56,592 bases of DNA from an uncultured Clostridia bacterium (GCA_947624525.1 CANQKT010000002.1:1-56592), one strand, 5' to 3'; shown: positions 18,998 through 31,442, counted from the first letter of the stretch. Program-made: numbers and translations. The notes: generated from the letters alone by a model not told the origin.

Positions 18998-21687
18998 TTA
19001 AATTTCTGTATTCACAAATACTTTACCTTTATTATTTATAATTATAGAAATTTCGCCATTTTGATCTGTTCTATAAACTCTAGCACCGAATAGCTTTTAA
19101 TCTTTCTATAACATTTTCATTAGGATGTCCAAAATTATTTTTTTCTCCAACACCTATTAGAGAAATTCTAGGTTGTACCTTTGCTATAAATTCTTTTGTA
19201 GATGAAGACTTTGAGCCATGATGTGCAACTTTTAATATTGTTGAATCCAGTATTTCTTCATCATATTTTTCTAGTATTTTTTCTTCAGCAATTTTTTCTA
19301 TATCCCCAGTAAATAATATAGAATTGCCTTTATAATTTAGCTTACATACTATAGAATTGTTATTTAGAATATTATCATAAATTAGATTATTATTAGGCCA
19401 TATAATGTCAATATATGTAAAATTATCTATTTTTAACCTATCCCCTGCACTTACACATATTATTTTGATGTTTTTACTTTGTGCTAATTTTAAAAAAATA
19501 TCATAATTATCTGAAACTTCTCCTTGTTTAGATATAATAGCATTCTTAACCTTTAATTTTTCCATCACAGAAAATAAACCTTTACAATGATCAGAATCAA
19601 AGTGTGAGAATATCATGTAATCAATTGTTTTTATCCCTCTTGCTAATAAATATGGAAGTAATACACTTTCACCTACATCATAATCTCCAGTTTCACTTCC
19701 CCCACCATCAATCAATATACGTTTATTCGCATTAGTTATAATTAATGTGCTATCCCCTTGTCCTACATCTATAAAGTGAATTTTTAGACCTGATTTATAA
19801 GAAAATACAGAATTAAAAATAATAACTAAAATTATACCTAATATTGGAATTTTCAAATTACGTTTACTATCCTTTTTATTAAAATATAAATAAAAAACAA
19901 TTAGATAATAAGCAATTATTGTGATGATAGTTGGTGTTGTCGTTGTAAATCTTGTAAATGTAATATTAGCAGAAAACTCTGCAATTTTATTAAAAACCTG
20001 TATGAATATATTTAATGGAATAGAAAAAACTTTGGCAATGCCAATAGATATTAGAGATGTACCTACTGTTACATAGCCCATAAAACACATTACTCCTAAT
20101 ATCGGAGTCACGATAATATTAGAGATAAGAAATGTAAGAGAGAATATATTAAATTCATATATTAATATTGGAATAATTAAAATATTAGCTGATATACTAA
20201 GTAATACAATTGATTTTATCTTTTGGCAAAACTTATTTATTGTATTATGTTTTTGTTTTATATCTATTTCTATATTTTCTGGAATTACATTTTGCCTTAA
20301 ACGTTGAGCATGTATATTGCTTAATTCGTTTATATCTATTAAATCAGATTTTGTATATTGTATGTCATTCTTTCCTTTTGGTCTATCAAACATACCTTGT
20401 ATTTTATTTTTTAAAATGGTATTAAATTCATTACATACACTTGTAATCTTAGAATTAAACAACACTATTCCCAATGTTCCTAAAAATGAGAGTTGAAATC
20501 CTAAATTTAATATATTGTATGGATTAATAATTAAAATAAATAAACATGCAATAGAAATATTATTTATAGTATCAGATTTCCTATAAACTAGCTTTGAAAT
20601 AATCATAATGCAACTCATTATAACAGCCCTTACTACTGATGGTGAACCTCCTGTTAACTGAGCAAAAAATATTAGTAATATCATAAACATGTATTTACTT
20701 TTTCTTTTATCAAATTTTTTTAATAGGAAACTACATCCCATTATAACATAACTAACATGCATTCCTGAAATTGCAAGAATATGTGATAAGCTTGCATTAC
20801 TAAACGTATTTTTTTGTTTATCATTTATCATGCTAGTATCACCTAATAATAGTGCTACTGCTACACTTGCTGTTTCATTTGGAAGTACTTTACCTAGATT
20901 TTCTTTAAGCTTATTTTGCAATTTATTTATCCACATATTATAAACAGATAGTGAATTTTTCTTTATTATTTGTATTTCATCTGCATTTGATTTACAAATT
21001 GCATATATATTTTTAGTTTGTAAATATTTAGAATAATCAAAACCTTTGTAATTTCTTTTTATAGCTGGCTTTTCAATATTTCCAGTTATATAAATTAAAT
21101 CACCATATTCGAGTTTTATATTTTTTTTATATTTATTCTTTTTGACTTTTAATAATATATTAGATTTTTTTTCTTTTATTTCTACTACATAATTATTATA
21201 ATATGAACTTTCTTTATTTACAGATATAATTGTTCCAACATATTTTGTTTCTTGATCATTTTTGCCGATTACTTTCTTCGCTAACAATAAGATTTATTTC
21301 ATTATATAATTTTTCGAATTTATGACTTCTTTCATATGCTATTACAAAAGCAATTATAATAATAATATAAGATACTAGAAATAATATTATAATTTTCTTT
21401 GATCTATGAATGCTAGGTTCAGTTTCTGCCTCGCCGTCAATTCCATTTTTAGGTTTAAATTTTCGTATTTTACCTAACATATTTTGACTATTCCATACAT
21501 TTTCATAATTAGTTTTCTCATATTTTTTTCTTATTTCTTTCAAATACAAAATTATTAATGTACTAAAAATCAATAATATGATAATTGAACTACATATAAA
21601 AGTAGCTATATTTATTTCTAAATATAGCCCCCATAATATACCTATTATATACGATATGGTAATAATTAACATTGGTCTTTTATTCAA
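18998..21687 (-). CDS. comEC: DNA internalization competence protein ComEC/Rec2, interrupted by two +1 frame breaks at CGG 21265-21267 and 19086-19088
   Basis: ORFs 21256..21687 (N-terminal TMs) and 19080..21287 (OB/DUF4131-like region, competence TM domain, metallo-beta-lactamase HFIDVGQGDS...HFDSDH...AHHGS). At 19086 the 0 frame reads ATT CGG TGC TAG. The +1 frame gives I-G-ARVYRTDQNGEISIIINNKGKVFVNTEI to TAA 18998, the canonical ComEC end (G.kvyRTD..G). Confidence 0.85.
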
Positions 21688-21786
21688 CTAGACCCCTCCT
21701 AGCAATTATTACCCCAATATATTAGTTTTGTATTATAATTTACTTAATAACATTACTTACTACATATTTAACCATCTAAATAGAAG

Positions 21787-23415
21787 TTATAAGATTCTTC
21801 TTGCCCCCCAATATTTTGATTTATTCCATTTATCAGATAACCTACTTATTATAACTCCTGTTGAACTATCTGAAGCATGTATAAATTGATCATTTCCTAT
21901 ATAAATTCCAACATGACCTACAGTTCTTCCATCATTTGAAAACACTAGAATATCTCCTGGTTGCAAATCTCCTGTAACAGCTGTTCCTTGTGTTGCTTGC
22001 ACCTTAGATGAGTGACTTAATGAATATCCAAAATGTTTATATACATACATTGTTAGACCTGAACAGTCAAATGAACTTGGTCCTGCTGCACCATAAACAT
22101 ATCTACATCCTAAAAATTGTTTAGCATATTCTACAATATCATTTCCTGTAACACCTGTTGATGAAGTGGGTACGCTGCTAGTTTGATTTTCAGCTGTAGT
22201 AGTTACTACATTTTCAGTATTCTTTTCTGCTACAGAATTTTCTAATGCAGTTGATGTATTTGTTTGCATCTGTGTTTGTTCAGATGAATTTTGGTTTACT
22301 ACGGCGTTTCTGTCTATATCGTTACTTCTTGAAGTTACCTCTGTTTTTTCGTTAGAAAGTAAATCATTTCTAATATATCCGCTTTTACCATCAACTTCAA
22401 CTTTATACCAACCGTTTTCTTCTCCAATTACTTTAATTTCTGTATTTAGTCCTATAGAACTCACAACTTCAGAAGATGTATTAGCCTCACTTCTTACATT
22501 TACAGCTTCTACTTTAGAATACATGGTTTTAGGTGCATAATCGTTTTCTGCTTCATTATTTGTATTTTCATCATTCTTAATTTCATTATCTGTATTTTGA
22601 TTATTTTCTGTGTTTTCGCCATTTTCGTTATTATCAGTAGTTTCATTATTATCTGTATCTTCACCATTTGGATTTCCATTGCCTACTGATACATTCTCAG
22701 CAGACAACTTATCTATCCTTATCCAACCATTAACATTTTCTGCTTTGATAAACACCCATAACCCTGCATTTGATATTAATGTAACTTCATCATCCTTTTT
22801 TACTTCTCCTATATGTTCAGAAGTAACAACTGGCAATATATTTATATCAGCATTTTCTGCCATTTTATATACTTTATTTTGAACTGTATTGCTTTCTGTT
22901 TCATTAGTTGTTGTTTGGTTTGTATTTTCATCTACATTTTGATTATTATTTTGTTCATTATTAGAATTTTCGTTATTTTGACCATCTGAGTTTTCTGAAT
23001 TTTCATTATTTTGTTGATCAGTATTTTCACTATTTTGTTGGTCTGTATTTTCCAAATTTGTATTACCTTGTTCATTCAAACCTTCAGAATTTTCATTATT
23101 CTCTACATTTTGATTATTTACTTCTGGAGAATTATTTGCCTCTATTTCTTCATTTGTGCTAATAAGAGATTGACTAACATATCCTGTTTTTCCTTTGAAA
23201 GAAACCTTATACCAATCTCCTTCTTTTGATAGTATTTCAACAGTTTCATCTAAGCCTAATAAATCAATTACTTCTGCATCAGTTGATGCAGATTTTCTAA
23301 TTCTTACATTTGCTCCTGTAGATTTTCCTGTTGTAGCATATGATGACATTTGCATACATAATAATAGACCTAATACTATCGCAAACAATCTAATTGAAAA
23401 TTTTATTTTTTTCAT
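21787..23415 (-). CDS. Secreted cell-wall hydrolase: SH3b repeats, Asn/Glu-rich low-complexity linkers, C-terminal NlpC/P60 endopeptidase
   Basis: Signal peptide MKKIKFSIRLFAIVLGLLLCMQMSSYA. Three SH3b-like units (GANVRIRKSAS..GDWYKV..GYV, etc.). NlpC/P60 catalytic segment FDCSGLTMYVY ... GHVGIYIG...FIHAS. Confidence 0.85.
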   Translation of the reverse strand: MKKIKFSIRLFAIVLGLLLCMQMSSYATTGKSTGANVRIRKSASTDAEVIDLLGLDETVEILSKEGDWYKVSFKGKTGYVSQSLISTNEEIEANNSPEVNNQNVENNENSEGLNEQGNTNLENTDQQNSENTDQQNNENSENSDGQNNENSNNEQNNNQNVDENTNQTTTNETESNTVQNKVYKMAENADINILPVVTSEHIGEVKKDDEVTLISNAGLWVFIKAENVNGWIRIDKLSAENVSVGNGNPNGEDTDNNETTDNNENGENTENNQNTDNEIKNDENTNNEAENDYAPKTMYSKVEAVNVRSEANTSSEVVSSIGLNTEIKVIGEENGWYKVEVDGKSGYIRNDLLSNEKTEVTSRSNDIDRNAVVNQNSSEQTQMQTNTSTALENSVAEKNTENVVTTTAENQTSSVPTSSTGVTGNDIVEYAKQFLGCRYVYGAAGPSSFDCSGLTMYVYKHFGYSLSHSSKVQATQGTAVTGDLQPGDILVFSNDGRTVGHVGIYIGNDQFIHASDSSTGVIISRLSDKWNKSKYWGARRIL

Positions 23416-23499
23416 AATTTAAGCTCCTTCAATTACTTATTTCCCTAATATAGTATATACTTTTTGGCATAAATTGTCAATATAAATAGAACAAAAAAA

Positions 23500-23524
23500 G
23501 CTTTCAAGAAGAATTCTTGAAAGC
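23500..23524. terminator. Terminator downstream of tuf (hairpin with runs on both sides)
   Basis: GCTTTCAAGAA gaa TTCTTGAAAGC, an 11-bp stem. A7 lies to its left (a T7 tail in the tuf orientation) and TTTTTT to its right. Confidence 0.75.
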
Positions 23525-23533
23525 AATTTTTTA

Positions 23534-24736
23534 TTACTCAATAATATCAGCAACAACACCAGAACCTACTGTTCTACCACCTTCACGGATAGCGAATCTT
23601 AGTCCTTTTTCAATAGCTATTGGAGTAATTAATTCAATAGTCATATCGATGTTATCACCTGGCATAACCATTTCTGTTCCAGCTGGTAATTCAATAACAC
23701 CTGTAACGTCTGTTGTTCTAAAGTAGAATTGTGGTCTATATCCATTAAAGAATGGTGTATGACGTCCACCTTCATCTTTAGTTAGAACGTATACTTGTGA
23801 TGTGAATTTTGTATGTGGATGAATTGTTCCTGGTTTTGCTAAAACTTGACCTCTTTCGATTTCATCTCTTTGAACACCTCTTAAAAGTACTCCGATGTTA
23901 TCTCCAGCTTCAGCTTGGTCTAATAATTTTCTAAACATTTCAACACCTGTAACAACAGTTTTTGAAGATTCTTTTGCTAAACCAACGATTTCAACTTCGT
24001 CTTGTAGTTTAACAACACCTCTTTCTACTCTACCTGTAGCAACTGTTCCACGTCCTGTGATTGTGAATACATCTTCTACTGGCATTAAGAATGGTAAATC
24101 TGTTGGTCTTTCTGGTGTTGGTATATAACTATCAACAGCAGCCATTAATTCTAATATTGGAGCATATTCTGGTGCATTAATATCTTTAGAATTTGACTCT
24201 AATACTGCTAATGAAGATCCTTTTATAACTGGAATTTCATCTCCTGGGAAATCATAGCTTGATAATAAGTCTCTAACTTCCATTTCAACTAATTCTAATA
24301 ATTCTGGATCATCAACCATATCACATTTATTTAAGTAAACAACGATGTATTTAACACCAACTTGTCTAGCTAATAAGATATGTTCTCTTGTTTGAGGCAT
24401 TGGGCCATCAGCTGCAGAAACAACTAATATAGCACCATCCATTTGTGCAGCACCTGTAATCATGTTCTTTACATAGTCAGCATGTCCAGGACAGTCAACG
24501 TGTGCATAGTGTCTATTTTCTGTTTCATATTCAACGTGAGCTGTATTAATTGTAATACCTCTTTCTCTTTCTTCTGGAGCCTTGTCAATCATATCATAAG
24601 CTTCATATTTTGCTTTACCTTCCATTGCTAATACTTTTGTAATAGCAGCTGTTGTTGTTGTTTTACCATGATCAACGTGTCCGATTGTACCAATGTTAAC
24701 GTGTGGTTTGGTTCTTTCAAATTTTTCCTTTGCCAT
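23534..24736 (-). CDS. tuf: Translation elongation factor Tu
   Basis: 400 aa. [17 protein letters not shown] and NKCD GTPase motifs. Full-length similarity to EF-Tu. Confidence 0.98.
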   Translation of the reverse strand: MAKEKFERTKPHVNIGTIGHVDHGKTTTTAAITKVLAMEGKAKYEAYDMIDKAPEERERGITINTAHVEYETENRHYAHVDCPGHADYVKNMITGAAQMDGAILVVSAADGPMPQTREHILLARQVGVKYIVVYLNKCDMVDDPELLELVEMEVRDLLSSYDFPGDEIPVIKGSSLAVLESNSKDINAPEYAPILELMAAVDSYIPTPERPTDLPFLMPVEDVFTITGRGTVATGRVERGVVKLQDEVEIVGLAKESSKTVVTGVEMFRKLLDQAEAGDNIGVLLRGVQRDEIERGQVLAKPGTIHPHTKFTSQVYVLTKDEGGRHTPFFNGYRPQFYFRTTDVTGVIELPAGTEMVMPGDNIDMTIELITPIAIEKGLRFAIREGGRTVGSGVVADIIE

Positions 24737-24901
24737 TAAATTTTCCTCCTTTTAATTATGGTGTAGGTTTCCCCTAAATCAAGTTAATATTTTTCTTGAA
24801 CACCTCTTTTATATTTTTTAAAATTAAAAACTATATTAAACATTTGCATTTTATACTATTTTTTATAGTTTTGCAAGACATTTTTAATAATTTTTATTAA
24901 A

Positions 24902-26986
24902 TTAATCTTCTTTCTTAGCTCTGCTAGCAACAATATTATCAAGTATTGATTTTGGAACTTCTTCATAATGACTTGGTTCCATTGAATAAGTACCTCTACC
25001 TTGCGTTTTTGAACGTAAGTCTGTTGCATAACCAAACATTTCTGATAATGGAATAAATCCTCTAACTATTTGGTTTCCACCTCTTGCTTCCATACCTTCC
25101 ATTCTTCCTCTTCTAGAGTTAATATCACCGATAACATCTCCCATATATTCTTCTGGAACTGTTACTTCAACTTTCATAATTGGCTCTAATAATACTGATT
25201 TACCTTGTTTACATCCTTCTTTGAATGCCATTGAACCAGCAATTTTGAATGCCATTTCAGAAGAGTCAACATCATGGTATGAACCATCAACTAAAGTAGC
25301 TTTGAAATCGATAACTGGGTATCCAGCTAATATACCAGATTCAGCAGCTTCTCTAATTCCATCTTCAACCGGTTTTACATATTCTTTTGGAACAACACCA
25401 CCAACGATTTTGCTCTCAAATTCAATACCTTTACCTGGCTCTAATGGTTCCATTTCTATCCAAACATGACCATATTGTCCACGTCCACCTGATTGACGGA
25501 TGAATTTTCCTTCTACTTTAACTTTATTTCTAATTGTTTCTTTATAAGAAACTTGTGGTTTACCTACTGTACATTCAACTTTGAATTCTCTTTTTAATCT
25601 ATCAACGATAATATCTAGGTGTAACTCACCCATACCAGCAATAACAGTTTGACCTGTTTCTTGGTTTGTGTATGTTTTGAATGTAGGATCTTCTTCAGCT
25701 AATTTTGCTAAAGCAATTCCCATTTTCTCGCTATTTGCTTTATCTTTTGGCTCAATAGCGATATCAATAACTGGCTCTGGGAATTCCATTGATTCTAATA
25801 TAACTGGATGTGCTGGATCACATAAAGTATCACCTGTTGAAACTTCTTTTAAACCAACAGCTGCACCAATATCACCTGCATATACTTTCTCTATATCTTC
25901 TCTATGGTTAGCATGCATTTGAAGAATTCTACCAATTCTATCTTTTTTACCTTTATTAGCATTTAATACTGTAGATCCTGAATCTAATGTTCCAGAATAT
26001 ACTCTAAAGAAACACAATTTTCCAACAAATGGGTCTGTAGCAATTTTAAATGCTAATGCTGAGAATGGTTCAGAATCAGAAGTTTTTCTTTCTGTTTCAT
26101 TTCCATCCATATCAACACCTTTAATATTTGGAATATCTGTTGGTGCTGGCATATAATCAACTATATTATTTAGAAGTTCTTGAACACCTTTGTTTTTATA
26201 AGAAGAACCACAACATACTGGAACTACTGTATTAGCTATTGTACCTTTTCTTAGTCCCTTCTTGATTTCTTCCTCAGTTAATTCTTCACCATCTAAATAT
26301 TTCATCATTAATTCGTCATCTTGTTCTGCTGCAGCTTCAATCATTTTTGCTCTATATTCTTCAGCCATTGCTTTTAAATCTTCAGGAATTTCTGTTTCTT
26401 CAATTTCTTTTCCTAAATCATCTTTATGAATATAAGCTTTCATTTTAATTAAATCTACAATTCCTTGGAAATTATCTTCTGCTCCTATTGGTAATTGAAC
26501 TGGAATAGCATTTGCATTTAATCTGTCTTTCATTTGCTCAACACAAGCCATGAAATCTGCACCTGTTATATCCATTTTATTAACATATGCCATTCTAGGA
26601 ACTTGATATTTATCAGCTTGTCTCCAAACTGTTTCAGATTGTGGTTGAACACCACCTTTTGCTGCTAAAACAAGTATAGCACCATCTAGTACTCTTAAAG
26701 ATCTTTCAACTTCAACAGTAAAGTCAACGTGACCCGGAGTATCTATAATATTGATTCTTGTATTGTTCCAAAAACAAGTTGTTGCAGCTGAAGTAATTGT
26801 GATACCTCTTTCTTGTTCTTGAACCATCCAGTCCATTGTTGCTTCACCCTCGTGAACCTCTCCTATTTTATGTGTTATACCTGTATAAAATAGAATTCTT
26901 TCTGTTGTTGTTGTTTTACCTGCATCTATGTGAGCCATTATTCCTATATTTCTTGTTCTCTCTAAAGGATAACTTCTACCAGCCAT
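24902..26986 (-). CDS. fusA: Translation elongation factor G
   Basis: 694 aa. [17 protein letters not shown] and NKMD motifs. Sits in the str operon position. Confidence 0.97.
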   Translation of the reverse strand: MAGRSYPLERTRNIGIMAHIDAGKTTTTERILFYTGITHKIGEVHEGEATMDWMVQEQERGITITSAATTCFWNNTRINIIDTPGHVDFTVEVERSLRVLDGAILVLAAKGGVQPQSETVWRQADKYQVPRMAYVNKMDITGADFMACVEQMKDRLNANAIPVQLPIGAEDNFQGIVDLIKMKAYIHKDDLGKEIEETEIPEDLKAMAEEYRAKMIEAAAEQDDELMMKYLDGEELTEEEIKKGLRKGTIANTVVPVCCGSSYKNKGVQELLNNIVDYMPAPTDIPNIKGVDMDGNETERKTSDSEPFSALAFKIATDPFVGKLCFFRVYSGTLDSGSTVLNANKGKKDRIGRILQMHANHREDIEKVYAGDIGAAVGLKEVSTGDTLCDPAHPVILESMEFPEPVIDIAIEPKDKANSEKMGIALAKLAEEDPTFKTYTNQETGQTVIAGMGELHLDIIVDRLKREFKVECTVGKPQVSYKETIRNKVKVEGKFIRQSGGRGQYGHVWIEMEPLEPGKGIEFESKIVGGVVPKEYVKPVEDGIREAAESGILAGYPVIDFKATLVDGSYHDVDSSEMAFKIAGSMAFKEGCKQGKSVLLEPIMKVEVTVPEEYMGDVIGDINSRRGRMEGMEARGGNQIVRGFIPLSEMFGYATDLRSKTQGRGTYSMEPSHYEEVPKSILDNIVASRAKKED

Positions 26987-27177
26987 TTTTTTCCTCCTTC
27001 TTTTGATAAGCCTTTCTATCTTAAAGTTTTAAGTAATTAAGCAATAATTATACTGTTTGAATAATCATTTACCTAAATAGTAATTCACATGTTGTCTTGA
27101 AACTTTGTAAGATTTTTAAGCTTTATAGTTTATAATAATATAAATAATTTATATTTGCATAATACATAAATTTCAAA

Positions 27178-27648
27178 TTAGAATTTATAATGTGCAAAAG
27201 CTTTGTTAGCTTCAGCCATTCTATGCATATCTTCTTTCTTCTTGAATGCTCCACCATTTCCAGCAACTGCATCCATAATTTCACCAGCTAATTTTTCAGA
27301 CATTGTTTTTTCATGTCTAGTTCTAGCATATATAACTAACCATCTTAAACCTAATGTTTGTCTTCTTTCTGGTCTAATTTCGATTGGTACTTGATATGTA
27401 GCACCACCAATTCTTCTAGCTTTAACTTCTAGAACTGGCATTACATTGTTAAGTGCTGCTTCAAATACTTCTAATGGATCTTTTTGCTCTTTTTCTTTTA
27501 TGATATCAAATGCATCATAAACTATTTTTTGAGCAACTGTTTTTTTACCATCTAACATAACATTGTTGATTAGTTTTGTAACAACTTTGCTATTATATAT
27601 TGGATCTGGTAAAACTTCTCTTTTTGCTATATATCCTTTTCTTGGCAC
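27178..27648 (-). CDS. rpsG: 30S ribosomal protein S7
   Basis: 156 aa. MPRKG...[10 protein letters not shown]...[16 protein letters not shown]. Confidence 0.97.
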   Translation of the reverse strand: MPRKGYIAKREVLPDPIYNSKVVTKLINNVMLDGKKTVAQKIVYDAFDIIKEKEQKDPLEVFEAALNNVMPVLEVKARRIGGATYQVPIEIRPERRQTLGLRWLVIYARTRHEKTMSEKLAGEIMDAVAGNGGAFKKKEDMHRMAEANKAFAHYKF

Positions 27649-27922
27649 TATTCTTCCCTCCTTTTAATAATTTGATACTTATTTTCCTCAAGTATCATAA
27701 GGTACTCTGAAAAACTTTAATTGTTTTCCCGTATAGCGCTATAATCTATTATTAATTTAAGTACCTTAAATTAGTAAGTTATTAGCACTATTTTAATTAA
27801 AATTCATTGTTTCTATAGCTTTTCATATTTTCAATTTACAATTCATTATCAGCATTTGCCTATTTAAAGATTTACTGCTATTCCTTATAAATTCAACTTT
27901 TAAGCTATTTTCTTATTGAATT

Positions 27923-28336
27923 TTATTTTTTAGGTTTCTTTGCTCCATATTTAGATCTACCTTGCATTCTGTCCTTAACACCAGCTGTATCTAGTGTTCC
28001 TCTTATAATATGGTATCTAACACCAGGTAAATCTTTTACCCTTCCACCTCTTATTAGAACAACACTATGCTCTTGTAAGTTGTGACCAATACCTGGAATA
28101 TAAGATGTAACTTCATAACCATTTGAAAGTCTAACTCTGGCAACTTTTCTTAAAGCTGAGTTTGGTTTCTTTGGTGTAACTGTTTTAACAACTGTACAAA
28201 CACCTCTTTTTTGTGGTGACCTTTTATTTGTCATTCTTTTTTTCATTGAATTATAACCATGTTGTAAAGCTGGTGCTGTAGATTTTGTTACTCCAGTTTT
28301 TCTTCCTTTTCTTACTAATTGATTAATTGTTGGCAC
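27923..28336 (-). CDS. rpsL: 30S ribosomal protein S12
   Basis: 137 aa. [12 protein letters not shown]...[14 protein letters not shown]...[13 protein letters not shown]. Confidence 0.97.
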   Translation of the reverse strand: MPTINQLVRKGRKTGVTKSTAPALQHGYNSMKKRMTNKRSPQKRGVCTVVKTVTPKKPNSALRKVARVRLSNGYEVTSYIPGIGHNLQEHSVVLIRGGRVKDLPGVRYHIIRGTLDTAGVKDRMQGRSKYGAKKPKK

Positions 28337-28465
28337 TTAAATTTCACCTCCTAAAATAAATAATAAACCGTTAGATAACTGCCGGTTTTGGCAATTTTTT
28401 CTAACGATTTATATTTTACCATTTTTTTTATCTAAAGTCAATGCATTTTAGCTATTTTTTCAGAT

Positions 28466-29650
28466 CTATCTACCTTCTCTATTAGCAGTTTGAACTGGTT
28501 TTTGAGCTGGTTTCTTTTTATGTTCTTCAATATAAGTTTTTTCTTTATTTTCATTGACTTCCTTTTTATATTCTTCATCAACTTCAAATCTTAATCCTTC
28601 AAGGAATTTATCTTTTTGCTTTTCTTCAACCTTACTTTCCTCAACAACTTTTTCTTCTTCAACTGTATTTTCCTCTTTAGCTATATTTTCTTTTATTTCT
28701 TGTGCTATTTTAGCAACATCTTTTTTGCTACTTGTTTCATTATTTGATTGCACATTTTCAGCTCTTGGTGAGAAAAATCCCTTAACATTATTTGCCGCAT
28801 TTTTTACAGCATTTATCATTCTTCTAAATATTGATTGTTTTTGTGTTGGAACTAAAGCTTTTGGTTCTTCTACTTGTTTTGCTACTTGTGCTGTTTGAGC
28901 TTGAGCTTGTTTTTCCTCTTCTTTACTTTGTTTTTGAGCTTGTTGTTTTTCCGGAGCTTTTGTAAGTTTTTCATTATCTCCTATAAATCTTCTTTGAATT
29001 TCATCCCAATCTTTGTTTGTAAACAAAGTTTTCCATGCTAAATCGCATTTACTTACTTTGCTTTTAAGTTCTTCTACTTTTTTATCACATTTTTCGTTAT
29101 TTTCTTTAATTTTTGCGATTTTCTCTTCTATTTGTTTTTTCTTTTCTTCAGCTGTTTTTAATTTTTCCTTTAAATCATAATATTCTGAATCCAACATTCC
29201 TTCAGTTTTTTTAGGGTCAAGTTCTTCTCTTAATTTTGATACTATAACCTCTGTTTTCTTCAAATTATTATTCAAATTCTCAATACTTTTTTCTCCCATT
29301 TCTTTCCTATCTGTGAATATTCTTATTTTAGCAGATAGTGAATTTTTATAATCTCTAATTTTATCAATTTGAGTGTCATACTTCATAAAACCTTCTAAAT
29401 TTTGTTTTCTCATTTCAGCTTTTTTCAAATCCATCTGGTCTTTTAATATTAATTCTCTTAGATTTTTTCTTCCTTCTGGATTGGTTATTGATGCAAATTT
29501 AATTTTTTTCTCTTCAATTCTTTTATTAAATTCCCCAATTTCTTTATTTAAACCTTCAATATCCTTTGTCATTTTTTCTTGGTCAATAACACCTGTACTT
29601 TTATATTCTGATTTTATTTCATTGTAAATATTATCTAATTTATTCTTCAT
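28466..29650 (-). CDS. Hypothetical Lys/Glu-rich coiled-coil protein
   Basis: ORF 28466..29671. Start ATG 29650 is behind GGGGAGG. Long heptad-like K/E-rich sequence with no TM or signal peptide. No family recognised. Confidence 0.45.
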   Translation of the reverse strand: MKNKLDNIYNEIKSEYKSTGVIDQEKMTKDIEGLNKEIGEFNKRIEEKKIKFASITNPEGRKNLRELILKDQMDLKKAEMRKQNLEGFMKYDTQIDKIRDYKNSLSAKIRIFTDRKEMGEKSIENLNNNLKKTEVIVSKLREELDPKKTEGMLDSEYYDLKEKLKTAEEKKKQIEEKIAKIKENNEKCDKKVEELKSKVSKCDLAWKTLFTNKDWDEIQRRFIGDNEKLTKAPEKQQAQKQSKEEEKQAQAQTAQVAKQVEEPKALVPTQKQSIFRRMINAVKNAANNVKGFFSPRAENVQSNNETSSKKDVAKIAQEIKENIAKEENTVEEEKVVEESKVEEKQKDKFLEGLRFEVDEEYKKEVNENKEKTYIEEHKKKPAQKPVQTANREGR

Positions 29651-29822
29651 GTTTTTTCCTCCCCTTTTCACATATTCGCTATCATTATACTACTTTTGTA
29701 ACATAATGTCAAATTTTACATAAAATCAATTATTTACATAAAGCACTAGAAATTTTCGTATCTTAGACCTTAGGTAAGAAGGAATTATAAAATCATTTTA
29801 ATTTTTACATAAATCTATTTTT

Positions 29823-31238
29823 TTATAATTTTTTTATTATCTCTATGGCCCTTTCATACAACTTATAATATCTAGCCTTTTTATCCTTTTCTTTCTCTGC
29901 CAAATTTGGTAAAATTCCAAAATTAGCATTCATTGGTTGGAATTTATCATTTTCAGTTGAAATATATTTAGCCAATGCTCCTATCATAGTTTTATCATCA
30001 AATATTTTTTTATTTTCTATATCTTCATTCTCAGTGTTTGATTTGATATTACTTTTATTAATAGCATTTTCATATCTTAAACATGCATTAATTCCAGCAA
30101 CCAAACCAGAAGATATAGATTCAACATATCCTTCAACTCCAGTTATTTGCCCAGCAAAGAAAATATTACTTTCATTTCTAAAATTATATGTTTCATCTAA
30201 TAACTTAGGTGAATTTATATATGTATTTCTATGCATTACTCCATACTTAGTAAAATCTGCGTTTTGCAAACCAGGTATTAAACTAAATACACGTTTTTGT
30301 TCACCAAACTTTAAATTAGTTTGGAAACCAACTAAATTATAAATAGTCCCCTCTTTATTATCTTGCCTTAATTGTACAACTGCATATGGTCTATATCCTG
30401 TCCTTGGATCTGTAAACCCAACCGGCTTTAATGGTCCAAAACGTAGTGTGTCAATTCCTCTTTTTGCCATTACCTCTATTGGCATACATCCTTCAAAAAT
30501 TTCCCTTTTTTCAAATTCGTGTAATTCTACAACCTCAGCCTTTACCAATTCATTTACAAAATCCTCATATTCCTCTTTATTCATAGGAAGATTCAAATAA
30601 TCGGCTTCATTTAAACCTTGTATTCTTTCTCTCCATTCATCTATATCTTCATTTTTAGCTCTTTCTTGCTCATATCTATCTCCCCAAAATGCTATATTCA
30701 TATCAATAGAATCTTTTTCAACTATTGGTGCTGCAGCATCATAAAAATGTAATTCCTTATTTCCAGTTAATTCTCCTATTTCCTTTGCAAGAATATCTGA
30801 AGTTAATGGACCTGTAGCAATAATAACAATTCCCTGTTCTGCAATTTTCTTAATATGCAAATCATCAGTTCCAAACTCTTTATTAATAATTTCTATATTT
30901 GGATTCTTTTGTAATTCATCTGTTACTTTTTGTGAAAACTGTTCTCTATCCACAGCTAATGCTTGGCCTGCTGGTATTGATGTTTGATCTGCAGTTTTTA
31001 TAAGTAATGAATCTAATATACGTAATTCTTCCTTCAATAATCCACATGCATTTGTAGGCAAATTTGACTTAAATGAATTACTACACACAATCTCTGCTAA
31101 ATTTTCATTACTATGTGCTGGTGAAAACTTATGTGGCTTCATTTCATATAACTTTACCTTAATACCTCTTTTGGCTATTTGATATGCCGCTTCTGAACCT
31201 GCTAATCCTCCACCTATTACTGTTATGAAATCATTCAT
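29823..31238 (-). CDS. trmFO: Methylenetetrahydrofolate-tRNA-(uracil54-C5)-methyltransferase TrmFO (Gid)
   Basis: N-terminal FAD fold VIGGGLAGSEAAYQIAKRG, internal FFAGQITGVEGYVES, and the usual position after topA. Carries an extended, atypical C-terminal region. Confidence 0.85.
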   Translation of the reverse strand: MNDFITVIGGGLAGSEAAYQIAKRGIKVKLYEMKPHKFSPAHSNENLAEIVCSNSFKSNLPTNACGLLKEELRILDSLLIKTADQTSIPAGQALAVDREQFSQKVTDELQKNPNIEIINKEFGTDDLHIKKIAEQGIVIIATGPLTSDILAKEIGELTGNKELHFYDAAAPIVEKDSIDMNIAFWGDRYEQERAKNEDIDEWRERIQGLNEADYLNLPMNKEEYEDFVNELVKAEVVELHEFEKREIFEGCMPIEVMAKRGIDTLRFGPLKPVGFTDPRTGYRPYAVVQLRQDNKEGTIYNLVGFQTNLKFGEQKRVFSLIPGLQNADFTKYGVMHRNTYINSPKLLDETYNFRNESNIFFAGQITGVEGYVESISSGLVAGINACLRYENAINKSNIKSNTENEDIENKKIFDDKTMIGALAKYISTENDKFQPMNANFGILPNLAEKEKDKKARYYKLYERAIEIIKKL

Positions 31239-31293
31239 ATTACTATACTCCTCCTTATTACTTCATTACCACACATATTATAGCATTAAAATA

Positions 31294-31347
31294 ACGGTTA
31301 TAATTTTAGCGTAACCGCAAAATCTGTAAGCTGTAAATTATAACCGT
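31294..31347 (-). terminator. Hairpin downstream of the SNF2 helicase gene (possible terminator)
   Basis: 13-bp stem ACGGTTATAATTT / AAATTATAACCGT with a 28-nt loop, followed by a T-rich stretch in the minus orientation. The large loop lowers confidence. Confidence 0.35.
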
Positions 31348-31442
31348 AACTTTTGTAACACTTAAGAAATATCCCCAAATTTTCTTGACCATGAATTTTG
31401 AGAAATTTAAAGAACTTCTCAAATTCCTTCACTATTAAGAAC

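Noticed and set aside
28365-28407. Hairpin CGTTAGA-N24-TCTAACG between the coiled-coil gene and rpsL as a terminator.
   Set aside because: The 7-bp stem has a very large loop and competing alternative pairings (AACCG/CGGTT). It is too weak to call.
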